This document shows positions 19,688 through 28,545 of a stretch of DNA of 64,000 bases, one piece after another (the stretch's first letter is position 1; every line of letters starts with the position of its first letter). The notes below the pieces were generated by a model. It saw only the letters and a list, made by a program, of their open reading frames with translations, was not told the DNA's origin and did not search any database. Origin of the DNA: Candidatus Eiseniibacteriota bacterium (lineage in GTDB: Bacteria > Eisenbacteria > RBG-16-71-46); contig JBGAML010000009.1 in NCBI GenBank assembly GCA_044223005.1, positions 1 through 64,000 on the forward strand, written 5' to 3'. Both the position numbers and the translations under genes were made by a program.

Positions 19688-19938
19688 TCCGTGGCCCCAA
19701 GATCGGGGAGCCCTCCAAGATGTAGCGGTGCGTCTTGCCCTTAGTTGCAGGTGCGGCCTTCTTGGCCTGCTTTCGCTCCAGCTTACGAGCGGGTCTCGGC
19801 AGGGCCATTTCAGCGTGAGCGGCCGGTTCAGGCGGTATCATCGCTTCTGCGCCGTCGAGCGCCGTTCTGGCGATCGCGAGGAGCGTTCGGAGTGCGTCCA
19901 TTGGGTTCGTTTGAGTTGATGAGTTGAAGGAGGGAAGG

Positions 19939-20418
19939 ATGGCCGCGGAATCGCAGGCCCCGTTGTGGATCTCGCTGGCGAGCTTGTCGATCTCAGGGGT
20001 GGCCCTCGGGTGGAATATCTACCGGGACCTCGTGGATCGAGGGAAGCTCAGCGTGACGTGCTACCTAGGGAACTTCGTACGCCCGGGATCGGTCGACTGG
20101 GACAAGCGGACGTACCTCTGCTGGAAGGTGACCAACGTGGGCCGGCAACCTGCCGTGCTGAGCGCCGTCGGTGGGGACCGCGAGCAGGACCCGCATCACT
20201 GGTTCCTGATGCCACCGTACTTGGGGGAGCACATCCCGGCGATGCTTCAGCCCGGCGAGACTCACGTTAGCGCGTCCCGAGATCTGAGTGTTCTCAAGCC
20301 AGGACTATCGTCACTCTGGGCGAGGGACACCCTTGGTCGGACGTATCGCGCACCCAAGTCCGAGGTTGCGCAGGTGCTCGCCGCTGCGTTGAAAGTGCCG
20401 AAGGATCAGCCTGCCTAG
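19939..20418 (+). CDS. Hypothetical membrane-anchored protein
   Basis: AGGAGG RBS; N-terminal TM helix, then VTNVGRQPA beta-sandwich-like region. Confidence 0.7.
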   Translation: MAAESQAPLWISLASLSISGVALGWNIYRDLVDRGKLSVTCYLGNFVRPGSVDWDKRTYLCWKVTNVGRQPAVLSAVGGDREQDPHHWFLMPPYLGEHIPAMLQPGETHVSASRDLSVLKPGLSSLWARDTLGRTYRAPKSEVAQVLAAALKVPKDQPA

Positions 20419-20722
20419 TTCGGCGATCGCCCATGTCTGGGTTGCGACGTTGTCGCGCGCGCTCGGCCGGGCGTTCGACTTCGCCCCGATGGACTTTGGC
20501 TCCGCTCCGTTAGGCCTGTTGCGAGCGTGAGGGAGCGGTAGGGAAAGTACTTTGGGCCGGAGTGGAATGAAGGCCGGGGTTACGGACGGAACTTCAAGGC
20601 GTGAGCCGAGTACCGCACGTGTGGATATCTGCAATTGAGCATAGCAACTACAGGGTGGCCGGCGAGGCCACGTCGTCCACAGCCGGCCTGTCCCGGAGGC
20701 CGAGCGCGCTCATTCAGTTGGC

Positions 20723-21700
20723 TCAGTGGTCGAAGACCTGAGCCTTGAAGTGCTCGACGATTGCTTCCGAGGGCTTCTTCGTAAAGAGATGGAGCAGGGC
20801 GTTGTCCGCCATGATTTTCGTTAAGCAACGACGAAGGTAGTCGTCGCCGCGCTTCACTCGTTCAAGGAGGTCGGGGAGTTGGGTCTTCTTAACCAGATCT
20901 CCGTGAACGACCTTTGACCGCGTAGCGTAGAGCTTCGTCACGTCTTCAAGAATGGCGCGACGTTCTGGCCCGTCGTTCCCAAGGAAGAGAGCGGTGCGTT
21001 CCGCGATCCGGTAGGTGATGCCTTCCTTGTCCGTGGAAAAAAGCGCCTCAAGGCACATGCAGTAGAAGGCGATCTTCACGAGTAGATCGCTCGTGTTTCG
21101 AGCGGCTTGCAGTGTGTACAGGGTTCTGGCGAGACGGGACTCGTGGATCAGTCCGCTGACACGCCTTTCGTTCTGAGGGAGTTTCGGAATCGCCGCATCG
21201 AGTTGGCGAAGGAAGGCAATCGCCCGCTCCCATTCCACAGCGGTGAAGTGGGTTGTGCGCAGCTCGCAGTCAGCGGTGAAGAAGTACGTTGTAAAGTCTT
21301 CGCTGATGAAGTGCGGCCCATCAGCGTCGTCAAGTCGGTAGTAGGCCGTGAGTGCGTTCGCTGAGTTGTCCTTGATCATCCACAGAGCGAGAAGAAGTGT
21401 CTGCACCTTGACGACGAACGCGCGCAGATAAGCCAGCCCCGTTGCCTCGTCCATCGTTCCAGAAGTGAAACGGCTTGCGACGTACGCGTAGGTCGGGTTG
21501 TGTTCAAGCTGGAACGCGTCGAGTGTCCCGGCTGTCTCCGCAAACTCCTTCTGAGCGAAGGCACCAGCGGTCGGAGCGTCATTCCCGATCCTAATGCTGT
21601 CTTCGATCTCGTACCCTTTGACCGGGAGTACATCTACGGTCAGGAAGACGATCGACTGCATCACCTTTAGTTCTGATCCACCGTTGGTCATGTTTATCAC
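20723..21700 (-). CDS. ApeA/Apea-like HEPN domain protein
   Basis: CLEALFS...ITYRIAERTALFLG...LYATRSKVVHG (R-x4-H); start may be ATG 21691. Confidence 0.8.
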   Translation of the reverse strand: MINMTNGGSELKVMQSIVFLTVDVLPVKGYEIEDSIRIGNDAPTAGAFAQKEFAETAGTLDAFQLEHNPTYAYVASRFTSGTMDEATGLAYLRAFVVKVQTLLLALWMIKDNSANALTAYYRLDDADGPHFISEDFTTYFFTADCELRTTHFTAVEWERAIAFLRQLDAAIPKLPQNERRVSGLIHESRLARTLYTLQAARNTSDLLVKIAFYCMCLEALFSTDKEGITYRIAERTALFLGNDGPERRAILEDVTKLYATRSKVVHGDLVKKTQLPDLLERVKRGDDYLRRCLTKIMADNALLHLFTKKPSEAIVEHFKAQVFDH

Positions 21701-22078
21701 CGGAGTCGGAGCTGGGACCGGGCTATCGCCCCCTAGGCCCCCAGGAAGCGAGGCGAAAGGAACGCAATATCACGCTCTGTCGGCTGGCACCGAACTGATG
21801 AGCGACTTGTTGAGACTTGCAGCGCTTCGAAGTTCGAGGGCAGGCCACCGTTGTTGCTATCACCGTGTGCCGGAGTGAGGCACGGGTGTTCGCCAGGGGA
21901 ATCCCTAGCGTCGATTGCCCCATGACCCCACGACGGGATTGCTCCGTGGATCCGGCCCAAGCATGGGAGGTCGGATCACCGCAAAAACGAACCCACCAAG
22001 GCTTGGAACCTTGGATGGTGCATTTGTCGCGCGAAGCGATCGTTGTTGCAAGCTCTTTGAGAGTGAGCCACGTCCACA

Positions 22079-22095
22079 GAATCCGTCTAGGGGGA
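22079..22095 (+). repeat. 17-bp direct repeat (att-like), copy B
   Basis: Identical to 18819..18835; 1 nt from the stop of 22097..22900; TAGGGGGAGT also at 17499..17508. Confidence 0.85.
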
Positions 22096-22096
22096 G

Positions 22097-22900
22097 TTAC
22101 CCACGGGACCGCAGCAGGTGCACTCCAAAGGCGCGAGCATTCTCGAAATATCTCTGGAGATCGTCAGGCGTGATGTTCACTTCGTCGCCGAGTGAAAGAA
22201 CTTCCCCAGTCTCGCGTAGGTAGTCAGAATCAACGATGCCACGCCGATGGACAAAGAGATGGCGCCGTTGAAAGAGAACCCAGAGGTCAAACCGCTCGAG
22301 GATCTCTCGACCAGTTCCGGAATCAGGTAGCAGGAAGGCTAGTGCCTTCTTCACCCCGATCTCACAGGGTATCGAAGTCGCATGCTCGTAGAGCGAGACT
22401 ATGAGGACTTCGCACGACGACCAAACCAACGACGCCGTCTGCCGCAGGAGTTCCTGCGCAACATGCGCGAAGTTCGGATCGTCAAGATGGTCAGCAAGCT
22501 CGGCGAGAATCTCGCGGATACCGCGCTCCCGAACCTCTGCGCTTGCCTGGTCCTCTGCGAGTCGGCGCCGAGCTTCCGCTACTGCACGCTCTTCGCGAAG
22601 TTGTTCGACTATCTCGCTTGGACCATCAATGCCGCCCGCCCGAATGCGTTCAGCCAGTAGGAGGCGTTGCCAGTTCCGGCGCGAGACGCTCTCGAACACT
22701 AGGTAGAAGGGTACGGCAGCTGTCTGCATCGCACCGAGCAGATTGCGAACGAAAGCGTCGGCGTCACTCGCGCGTGTAGGCGATAGGTCCGGCGCAATGT
22801 CGCGAACGGCGGAGAAGAACGTTTCATCCTCCATAGGGAAGAAGAAGCGCTCCTGCGCTGCGCGCATGCGGCTCGTGAGTGGTTCGGGAAGGTGGCTCAT
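22097..22900 (-). CDS. HEPN-like protein
   Basis: FQRRHLFVHRRGIVDSDYL (R-x4-H-x2-G-IVD). Confidence 0.65.
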   Translation of the reverse strand: MSHLPEPLTSRMRAAQERFFFPMEDETFFSAVRDIAPDLSPTRASDADAFVRNLLGAMQTAAVPFYLVFESVSRRNWQRLLLAERIRAGGIDGPSEIVEQLREERAVAEARRRLAEDQASAEVRERGIREILAELADHLDDPNFAHVAQELLRQTASLVWSSCEVLIVSLYEHATSIPCEIGVKKALAFLLPDSGTGREILERFDLWVLFQRRHLFVHRRGIVDSDYLRETGEVLSLGDEVNITPDDLQRYFENARAFGVHLLRSRG

Positions 22901-23205
22901 GTCTAGAAGGCGACGGCCGCCCCGTGCTTGCGTGTGAGAGCGTTCGACACGATGACGAACTCGGACTCTCCGTTCTTCTCGACCATACGCCAGTTGTGGC
23001 TGCAGCCCTTGCAGACCCGGTCCTGGATGTGCGAATCGCCGATGAGCCCGACCATTCCGTAGTAGCGCCCGGCAATCGGCCGGCGACTAGGGTGCTTCTC
23101 CGGTGCGATGGTCTTAGAGCCGCACTGTGGGCATTACGTCGGTGTGATCTGCTTGTGCGAGTCCAATGCGCTCCTCCTGACGCCAACCCACAGTCAGGAG
23201 AGCCA

Positions 23206-23271
23206 ATGGATCAGTTGCTCACACTCCAGCAGGTCGCAGAATACCCCAGCGTCAGCCCAAATGCAGTATGA
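23206..23271 (+). pseudogene. Truncated excisionase copy
   Basis: MDQLLTLQQVAEYPSVSPNAV*, homologous to 19422..; upstream CTCCTCCTRACRCCARCCC also conserved. Confidence 0.75.
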
Positions 23272-23478
23272 ACCGCGGCTGAAGTCCTGGAGGCTCCATT
23301 CCCTGAGAGGGTGAGGCCATTGCACGAACCAGCAGGTCTTCCCCGAAGGTTCGCGCGCGGGCGGTCTGGGCTTCATCGCGCACCGGTGTGGCGGGTGCGC
23401 GCCTGCCGACCGCGCGCCGCGCATGGTGCCGCGACGGGCCGCTCCCAACGGCGCCACCCCCGCGCCGGCGATGCGCGT

Positions 23479-26400
23479 TTACCGCGCCCGCACGATCCGC
23501 GTGACCCGCTGCCCTTCGCGCGTCGTGAGTCGCGCGAAGTAGAGCCCGGCGCCGAGCGTCTCGCCGCGTTCGCTGCGCCCGTCCCATGCGACTTCGTGCG
23601 CGCCGGCGTCCAGGGTGCCATCGAGCGGCGTGGCGACGCGGCGGCCGCCGACGTCGAACAGCTCGAGCCGCGCCGCGCCGCGTGCGGGCAGCGTGAACGC
23701 GATCCGCACGGGGCCGCGCGAGGGGTTCGGCCACGGCGTGGCGAGCGCCAGCGGGGCGGGACGCGGATCGTCCGCCGCGAGGTTGCCGCCGCTGGTCTTG
23801 AAGTCGTGCCCGCCCCAGGCGTCGTTGATCATCGTCAGCCAGTGGCCGTAGCGATGCCGCGGGTCCGGCGTCTCGACACGCGCGCGCCAGCGGTAGGCGC
23901 CGCCGGGCGCGAGTCCGTTCACGCTGTGGAAGATCTCGGTCGCGGGATCGACCGGCGCGCCCAACGCGAGCAGGTACGTGCTGTGGGTGACGCCGGTCAG
24001 GTCGAACGGCACGCCGCCGGGCTTGGTCTCGATCGCGAGCCGCAGCCGCACGCGGCCGGCCGCGCTGCGCGCGTGCACGTCCGCCATGAACCCGTCGGTG
24101 CGATCCGAGCGCCCGTGCAGCGCGAGCCGCACGGTCTTGGCCGAGCCGCGCATGGTGACCGGCCGCGCGAGCGCGCCGGGCCGCGAGCGGAAGACGTTGA
24201 TCGAGCCTTCGTTCGAGTTGTACGCGGAGTGCCCGGTGATCAGGTCCGAGAACCCGTCGCCGTCCACGTCGCCGCCGCACTCGTCGTCGGGCCGTGACGC
24301 GAACCCGAACGACTGGATCGCGACCGGGGCCGTGAGCCCCGTGGGACCGCCGCTCCGCCGCCACAGCGTGTAGAGCGTCGTGGCGGGGTCGTACTCGCGG
24401 TACACGATGTCGCTGTAGCCGTCGCCGTCGAGGTCCATCGCGCCCGTGAAGTGGTAGGGATCGAGCTTGCTGGTGCCGCCGAGCCCGCTGTCGTAGTCCA
24501 CCGTGGTGGCCGAGGGCCCGCTCGGACCGCCGTAGGCGACGCGCAGCCGCGAGAACTGCGACGCGAGGGGAGCGTTCGTGTCGTGGGCCTCGCCGAACGC
24601 GATGTCGTCGTAGCCGTCGCCGTTCACGTCGCCGATCCCGAGCCCGCGGAAGATGATCGTGGTCGGATCGTTCGAATCGCCCGCCCACACGGCGACCGGC
24701 GTGGTCGAGAGCCCGTAGGGTCCGCCCAGGTGGACCTGCAGCCGGTTGTGGACCGTGAAGCTCACGCTGTCCTCGCCGAGCATCACGACGTCGCCGTAGC
24801 CGTCGCCGTTCACGTCGCCGGCCGACGCGACCTGGATCCCCAGGCGGTCGTACGACACCGGGCCCACGATCGTGGTGCCGGCTCCGATCGCGGGGCCGGA
24901 GGGTCCGCCGTAGTGGATCTCCACCGCGCCGGCGCCCGGCTTGGCCGGCGTGCTGTACGTGTCGAGATGGATCGCCAGGTCGGCGTAGCCGTCGCCGTTC
25001 ACGTCGCCGATCGGGTGCGGGCCGGTCTGGTAGGGCGCGCCCGGGTAGTGGAGCGACCACGAGGGCGTTGCCGAGATGCCGGCGGCGCCGCCGCGGAACC
25101 ACTCCATGCGAACGCCGAAGTTCGCATAGTCGAACGACGAGGTCACCACGTCGTCGAAGCCGTCGCCATCCACGTCGCCCGCCGCCTCGAGCAGGTCGCC
25201 GCGCCGGATGACGCCGGTCGCGCCGGTGAGCGACCACGCGGGCGTGGTCGTGAGCCCGTTCGGGCCGCCGAGGTAGGCGTTCGCGACGGTCAGGTCCAGG
25301 TTGTTGGCCGTGGACGTCACCAGCGCGTCGGCGAAGCCGTCGCCGTTGAAGTCCCCGTTCATCGACACCTGGTTGCCGAACTTCGCGGCCGCCGCCGCGC
25401 CGTGGATCGTCTGCGTGAGCGCCATCTCGGGCGTGTGCGCGCCGCGCCACAGCAGCGCCCAGCCCGCCAGCGTGCCGGGAAGGAAGACCGGTCCGGGCCG
25501 GCCGACGATCACGTCGCCGAAGCCGTCGCCGTCCACGTCGCCGGCCGCGGCCACGGCCTGGCCGAGGTAATCGCCGCTCGCGCCGGTGGTGGACTGCAGC
25601 ACCAGCGGGCTCGCCGTGGGCGTGGGCTCGAGTTCGTAGAGCAGCGCGCGGCCGGTGTTCGAGTTGAAGCCCGGCCCGCCGGCGATCAGGTCGGCGTAGC
25701 CGTCGCCGTTCACGTCGCCGGCCGCGGCCACCGACGTGCCGTGGCGCTGGTTCGTCGTGGTGCCGTCGGACGTCATCAGCACCGGGAGCGCGCCGAATCC
25801 GGTGCTGCCGCGATAGACGGTCACCCGCCCCTGGTCCGTGATGCCGTTGTCGAACGTGGGCGCGCCCACGGCGTACTCGGCGTAGCCGTCGCCGTCAGCG
25901 TCGCCGAGGATCGCCACGCTCGCGCCGGACTGCGCACCGGCCTGCGACTCGAGCACGGTCAGGTTGCTCGTGCCGAGCGTGCCGGTGCTGCCTGCGAACA
26001 GCGTGTACGCGCCGCTGCTCGCGGTGCTCCCGTTGAGGTCGTACGCGGGGGCACCGACGATCAGTTCCGCGAGGCCGTCGCCGTTCACGTCGCCGCCCAT
26101 GTCGATCGAGCTGCCGAAGAACGACGACGCCTGCGAGCCGTTGAACGTGGCGGCCTGCGTGGTCGAGGGCGTGCCGTTCGCGCCGAGGAACACGTACACG
26201 ATCCCCGAGTTCGCCACCGTGCCGTCGCCGCCCGGGATGCCGACCGCGAAGTCGGGGCGGCCGTCGCCGTTCATGTCGTTGCCGCCGGTGACCGAATAGC
26301 CGGTGTACGAACCCGACTGCCCGCTGGTGCGCGTCCACGCCGCGGTCGCGACCGTGCCGGTGTCGGAGCCGAAGAAGAGCAGCGCGCGGCCCGCGTCGGT

Positions 26401-26856
26401 GAACGTGAACGGCGGGACCGACTGGTCGTAGTAGGGCTCGCCCACGAGCACGTCGTCGAAGCCGTCGCCGTTGACGTCGCCCACGCCGGCCACCGACGCG
26501 CCGAACTGGTTGCCCGCGGCCACGCCGTAGGCGGTCCACGCCGGCGTCGAGGCGAGCCCGTTGGGCCCGCCCAGGTAGACGAACGCGGCGCCCTGGTCGG
26601 TGAGCCCGTGGTCGGTGTGCGGCGCGCCGACGATCACGTCGGCGTAGCCGTCGCCGTTCACGTCGCCGGCCGGCGCGACCGAGGCGCCGAACGTGTCGCC
26701 CGCCTGGTTGGCGAACATGCGCGCAGGGCCGGTGACGCTGGTGGCGCTGGCGACGCCCGCCCGGGCGGGCGTGGGAACGAGGGCGAGGGGCAGCAGGAGC
26801 GTGGCGAGGAGCCGGTGCAGGGAGCGGACGCGAGGTGTGGGGGACTCGGGCGGCAT
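23479..26856 (-). CDS. Secreted FG-GAP/integrin-alpha repeat protein with FlgD-Ig tail
   Basis: 14 GDxxGDGxxD-type repeats (consistent with two 7-blade propellers); PWPNPSRG...WDGRSERGETLGAGLYFARL; GGAGG RBS. Confidence 0.9.
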   Translation of the reverse strand: MPPESPTPRVRSLHRLLATLLLPLALVPTPARAGVASATSVTGPARMFANQAGDTFGASVAPAGDVNGDGYADVIVGAPHTDHGLTDQGAAFVYLGGPNGLASTPAWTAYGVAAGNQFGASVAGVGDVNGDGFDDVLVGEPYYDQSVPPFTFTDAGRALLFFGSDTGTVATAAWTRTSGQSGSYTGYSVTGGNDMNGDGRPDFAVGIPGGDGTVANSGIVYVFLGANGTPSTTQAATFNGSQASSFFGSSIDMGGDVNGDGLAELIVGAPAYDLNGSTASSGAYTLFAGSTGTLGTSNLTVLESQAGAQSGASVAILGDADGDGYAEYAVGAPTFDNGITDQGRVTVYRGSTGFGALPVLMTSDGTTTNQRHGTSVAAAGDVNGDGYADLIAGGPGFNSNTGRALLYELEPTPTASPLVLQSTTGASGDYLGQAVAAAGDVDGDGFGDVIVGRPGPVFLPGTLAGWALLWRGAHTPEMALTQTIHGAAAAAKFGNQVSMNGDFNGDGFADALVTSTANNLDLTVANAYLGGPNGLTTTPAWSLTGATGVIRRGDLLEAAGDVDGDGFDDVVTSSFDYANFGVRMEWFRGGAAGISATPSWSLHYPGAPYQTGPHPIGDVNGDGYADLAIHLDTYSTPAKPGAGAVEIHYGGPSGPAIGAGTTIVGPVSYDRLGIQVASAGDVNGDGYGDVVMLGEDSVSFTVHNRLQVHLGGPYGLSTTPVAVWAGDSNDPTTIIFRGLGIGDVNGDGYDDIAFGEAHDTNAPLASQFSRLRVAYGGPSGPSATTVDYDSGLGGTSKLDPYHFTGAMDLDGDGYSDIVYREYDPATTLYTLWRRSGGPTGLTAPVAIQSFGFASRPDDECGGDVDGDGFSDLITGHSAYNSNEGSINVFRSRPGALARPVTMRGSAKTVRLALHGRSDRTDGFMADVHARSAAGRVRLRLAIETKPGGVPFDLTGVTHSTYLLALGAPVDPATEIFHSVNGLAPGGAYRWRARVETPDPRHRYGHWLTMINDAWGGHDFKTSGGNLAADDPRPAPLALATPWPNPSRGPVRIAFTLPARGAARLELFDVGGRRVATPLDGTLDAGAHEVAWDGRSERGETLGAGLYFARLTTREGQRVTRIVRAR

Positions 26857-27085
26857 CGGGCCTCCGGTTCGGGATGGACGCGGATCGGGACTCTGCACGT
26901 ACAACGCAGGTCCGCCCGAAAAGCGCACGCGCGCGGCGGGCCGGGGGCGGGCGCCGCCGGAGAGCGGCCCGGACGCCCGCGACGCGGCCCCGGCCGAGGC
27001 GCGAGAACGGGCGTGACAGGCCGCGGGCGACCGGCCCAGTATGGCGGCCACGCGGACGTCCCCCCCGCGCCGGACGCGATGCATG

Positions 27086-27228
27086 CCACGGACCGGAGGG
27101 AGCACGCACCATGGGCCCCATGAAGGTGTACCCCAGCTTCGACGCGTACCTGAAGAACCGGCCGGCCGCTCACCCGGCGGTGATCCGCGCGCTGCGAATG
27201 CTCGCCCGGCGCGCCGCGCCCTCGCTCG
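27086..27228 (+). repeat. ~143-bp diverged direct repeat of the DUF1801 gene 5' end (other copy 27770..27913)
   Basis: CCACGGACCGGAGG...CACGCACCATGGGCCCCATGAAGG(T/C)GTACCCCAGCTTCGACGCGTACCTGAAG... in both. Confidence 0.9.
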
Positions 27229-27713
27229 TCGTCATGGCGATCGCTCTCGTGTGCCTCAGCTCGTGTGCTGGCCGCCTGCCGACCGACGGAGAGCTCCGTG
27301 CGCACTTCATGGGACACCAGGGGGAACTGGATTCGCTTGCGGCGCTGGCCTCGGTCGATACGCAACTGGTCCAGGTCCTGAACTACGGCGGGTCGGTCGA
27401 TGCTTACGTCCACGAGGGGGGCAGCTACGACCGCCGTGTTCGAGAGGAAACACCTGGCGACGCATGGCGGTCGCCCTATCGACGTCTGGTGGCGAGCGCC
27501 GGCATTCGGCGCATGTGGCGAGACAAGGATGGACGCGTCTGGTTCCGCTCGAGCGAGAACAGCAAGGGGAACTCCGGGTTCGTCTATTGCCCCGAGCCGC
27601 CACCGGAGGTTCGCCACACGTTGGAGGGCATCGAACGGACCGAGCCCGACCCGATCGGGTACGTCCAGATCTCGGGAAAGTGGTACATGTGGCGCAGGCT
27701 CCCTCGGGGCTAG
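27111..27713 (+). CDS. Chimeric hypothetical lipoprotein (DUF1801-derived N-terminus fused to an unrelated body)
   Basis: First ~38 aa match the next gene, then hydrophobic stretch and LSS-C lipobox; AT-richer body. Confidence 0.7.
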   Translation: MGPMKVYPSFDAYLKNRPAAHPAVIRALRMLARRAAPSLVVMAIALVCLSSCAGRLPTDGELRAHFMGHQGELDSLAALASVDTQLVQVLNYGGSVDAYVHEGGSYDRRVREETPGDAWRSPYRRLVASAGIRRMWRDKDGRVWFRSSENSKGNSGFVYCPEPPPEVRHTLEGIERTEPDPIGYVQISGKWYMWRRLPRG

Positions 27714-27795
27714 CATCCCGCTCCTTCGCAGCGGTGTTCGAGCGCGACGCGCGACACACGCGACGCAGTCCACGGACCGGAGGCGAACACGCACC

Positions 27796-28245
27796 ATGGG
27801 CCCCATGAAGGCGTACCCCAGCTTCGACGCGTACCTGAAGGACCAGCCGGCCGCGAACCAGGCGGTGATCCGCGCGCTGCGCAAGCTCGTGAAGCGCGCC
27901 GCGCCCGCGCTCGAGGAGGCGGTGAAGTACGGCAACGGCTGCTGGGTCGACGGCAAGTACCCGATCGCCTACGTCTACGCCGCGCCGGACTACACGCAGT
28001 TCGGCTTCATGGCGGGTTCGAAGCTGAAGGACCCCAAGCGGCTGCTCGCCGGCAGCGGCGCGTACGTGCGCCATGTGAAGCTCCGCGTCGTGAAGGACAT
28101 CGTCGAGCGCGATCTGGTGGCGCTGCTCGCGCAGGCGGTCGCGCTCGGGCATCCTGCGGCGAAGAAGTCCGCGAAGCCGAAGCCCGCGGCGACGCGAGCC
28201 GCCCGGCCGAAGCGCGCCACGAAGAAGGTCGCGAAGCGCGCGTAG
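27796..28245 (+). CDS. DUF1801 (YdhG-like) protein with Lys/Ala-rich tail
   Basis: LEEAVKYG, FGFMAGSKLKDPKRLLAGSGAYVRHVKL. Confidence 0.85.
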   Translation: MGPMKAYPSFDAYLKDQPAANQAVIRALRKLVKRAAPALEEAVKYGNGCWVDGKYPIAYVYAAPDYTQFGFMAGSKLKDPKRLLAGSGAYVRHVKLRVVKDIVERDLVALLAQAVALGHPAAKKSAKPKPAATRAARPKRATKKVAKRA

Positions 28246-28545
28246 CGTTCGCCGGCTCGCGCGCCGCCGAATCCGCTGCCAGGAATGCGCGCACGCGCGC
28301 ACGCGGCGCCGAGCGCGTGGGCCCGACCGTCCCGCACCGGGACATGGACCGGCTCTGCCACGTCCGCGGCCCCGCGATCATCGTCGTCGAGCTCGCGCAG
28401 GACCTCCGCGACACCGCGCGGTTGGGGCTGGCCGCGCCATCGCCCGCACCGCCGGAATCCCCGCGGCGGCCGCGGGTGGTTGTGCTAGCGTGAGCCGGTT
28501 CATGCCTCGCGATTCCCCGTCCATCCCCGTCGAGGAGGCCTGTTC

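Larger units (their letters stand above)
17499..23330. mobile_element. Degenerate integrative/defence island (stacked relic elements)
   Basis: Visibly more AT-rich than flanks; excisionase-like HTH plus a pseudogene copy; repeated 17-bp sites; HEPN-like cargo; no intact integrase; right boundary approximate. Confidence 0.7.

Noticed and set aside
19620..19901. 93-aa minus ORF MDALRTLL...
   Set aside because: No motif or clear RBS, overlaps the putative integrase remnant; possibly a fragment but unsupported
17499..23330. Integron cassette array
   Set aside because: No attC-like RYYYAAC...GTTRRRY hairpins recognised and no intI
24200..26700. Recurring GCCGTCGCCGTTCACGTCGCC repeats
   Set aside because: Encode FG-GAP GDVNGDG motifs within one CDS
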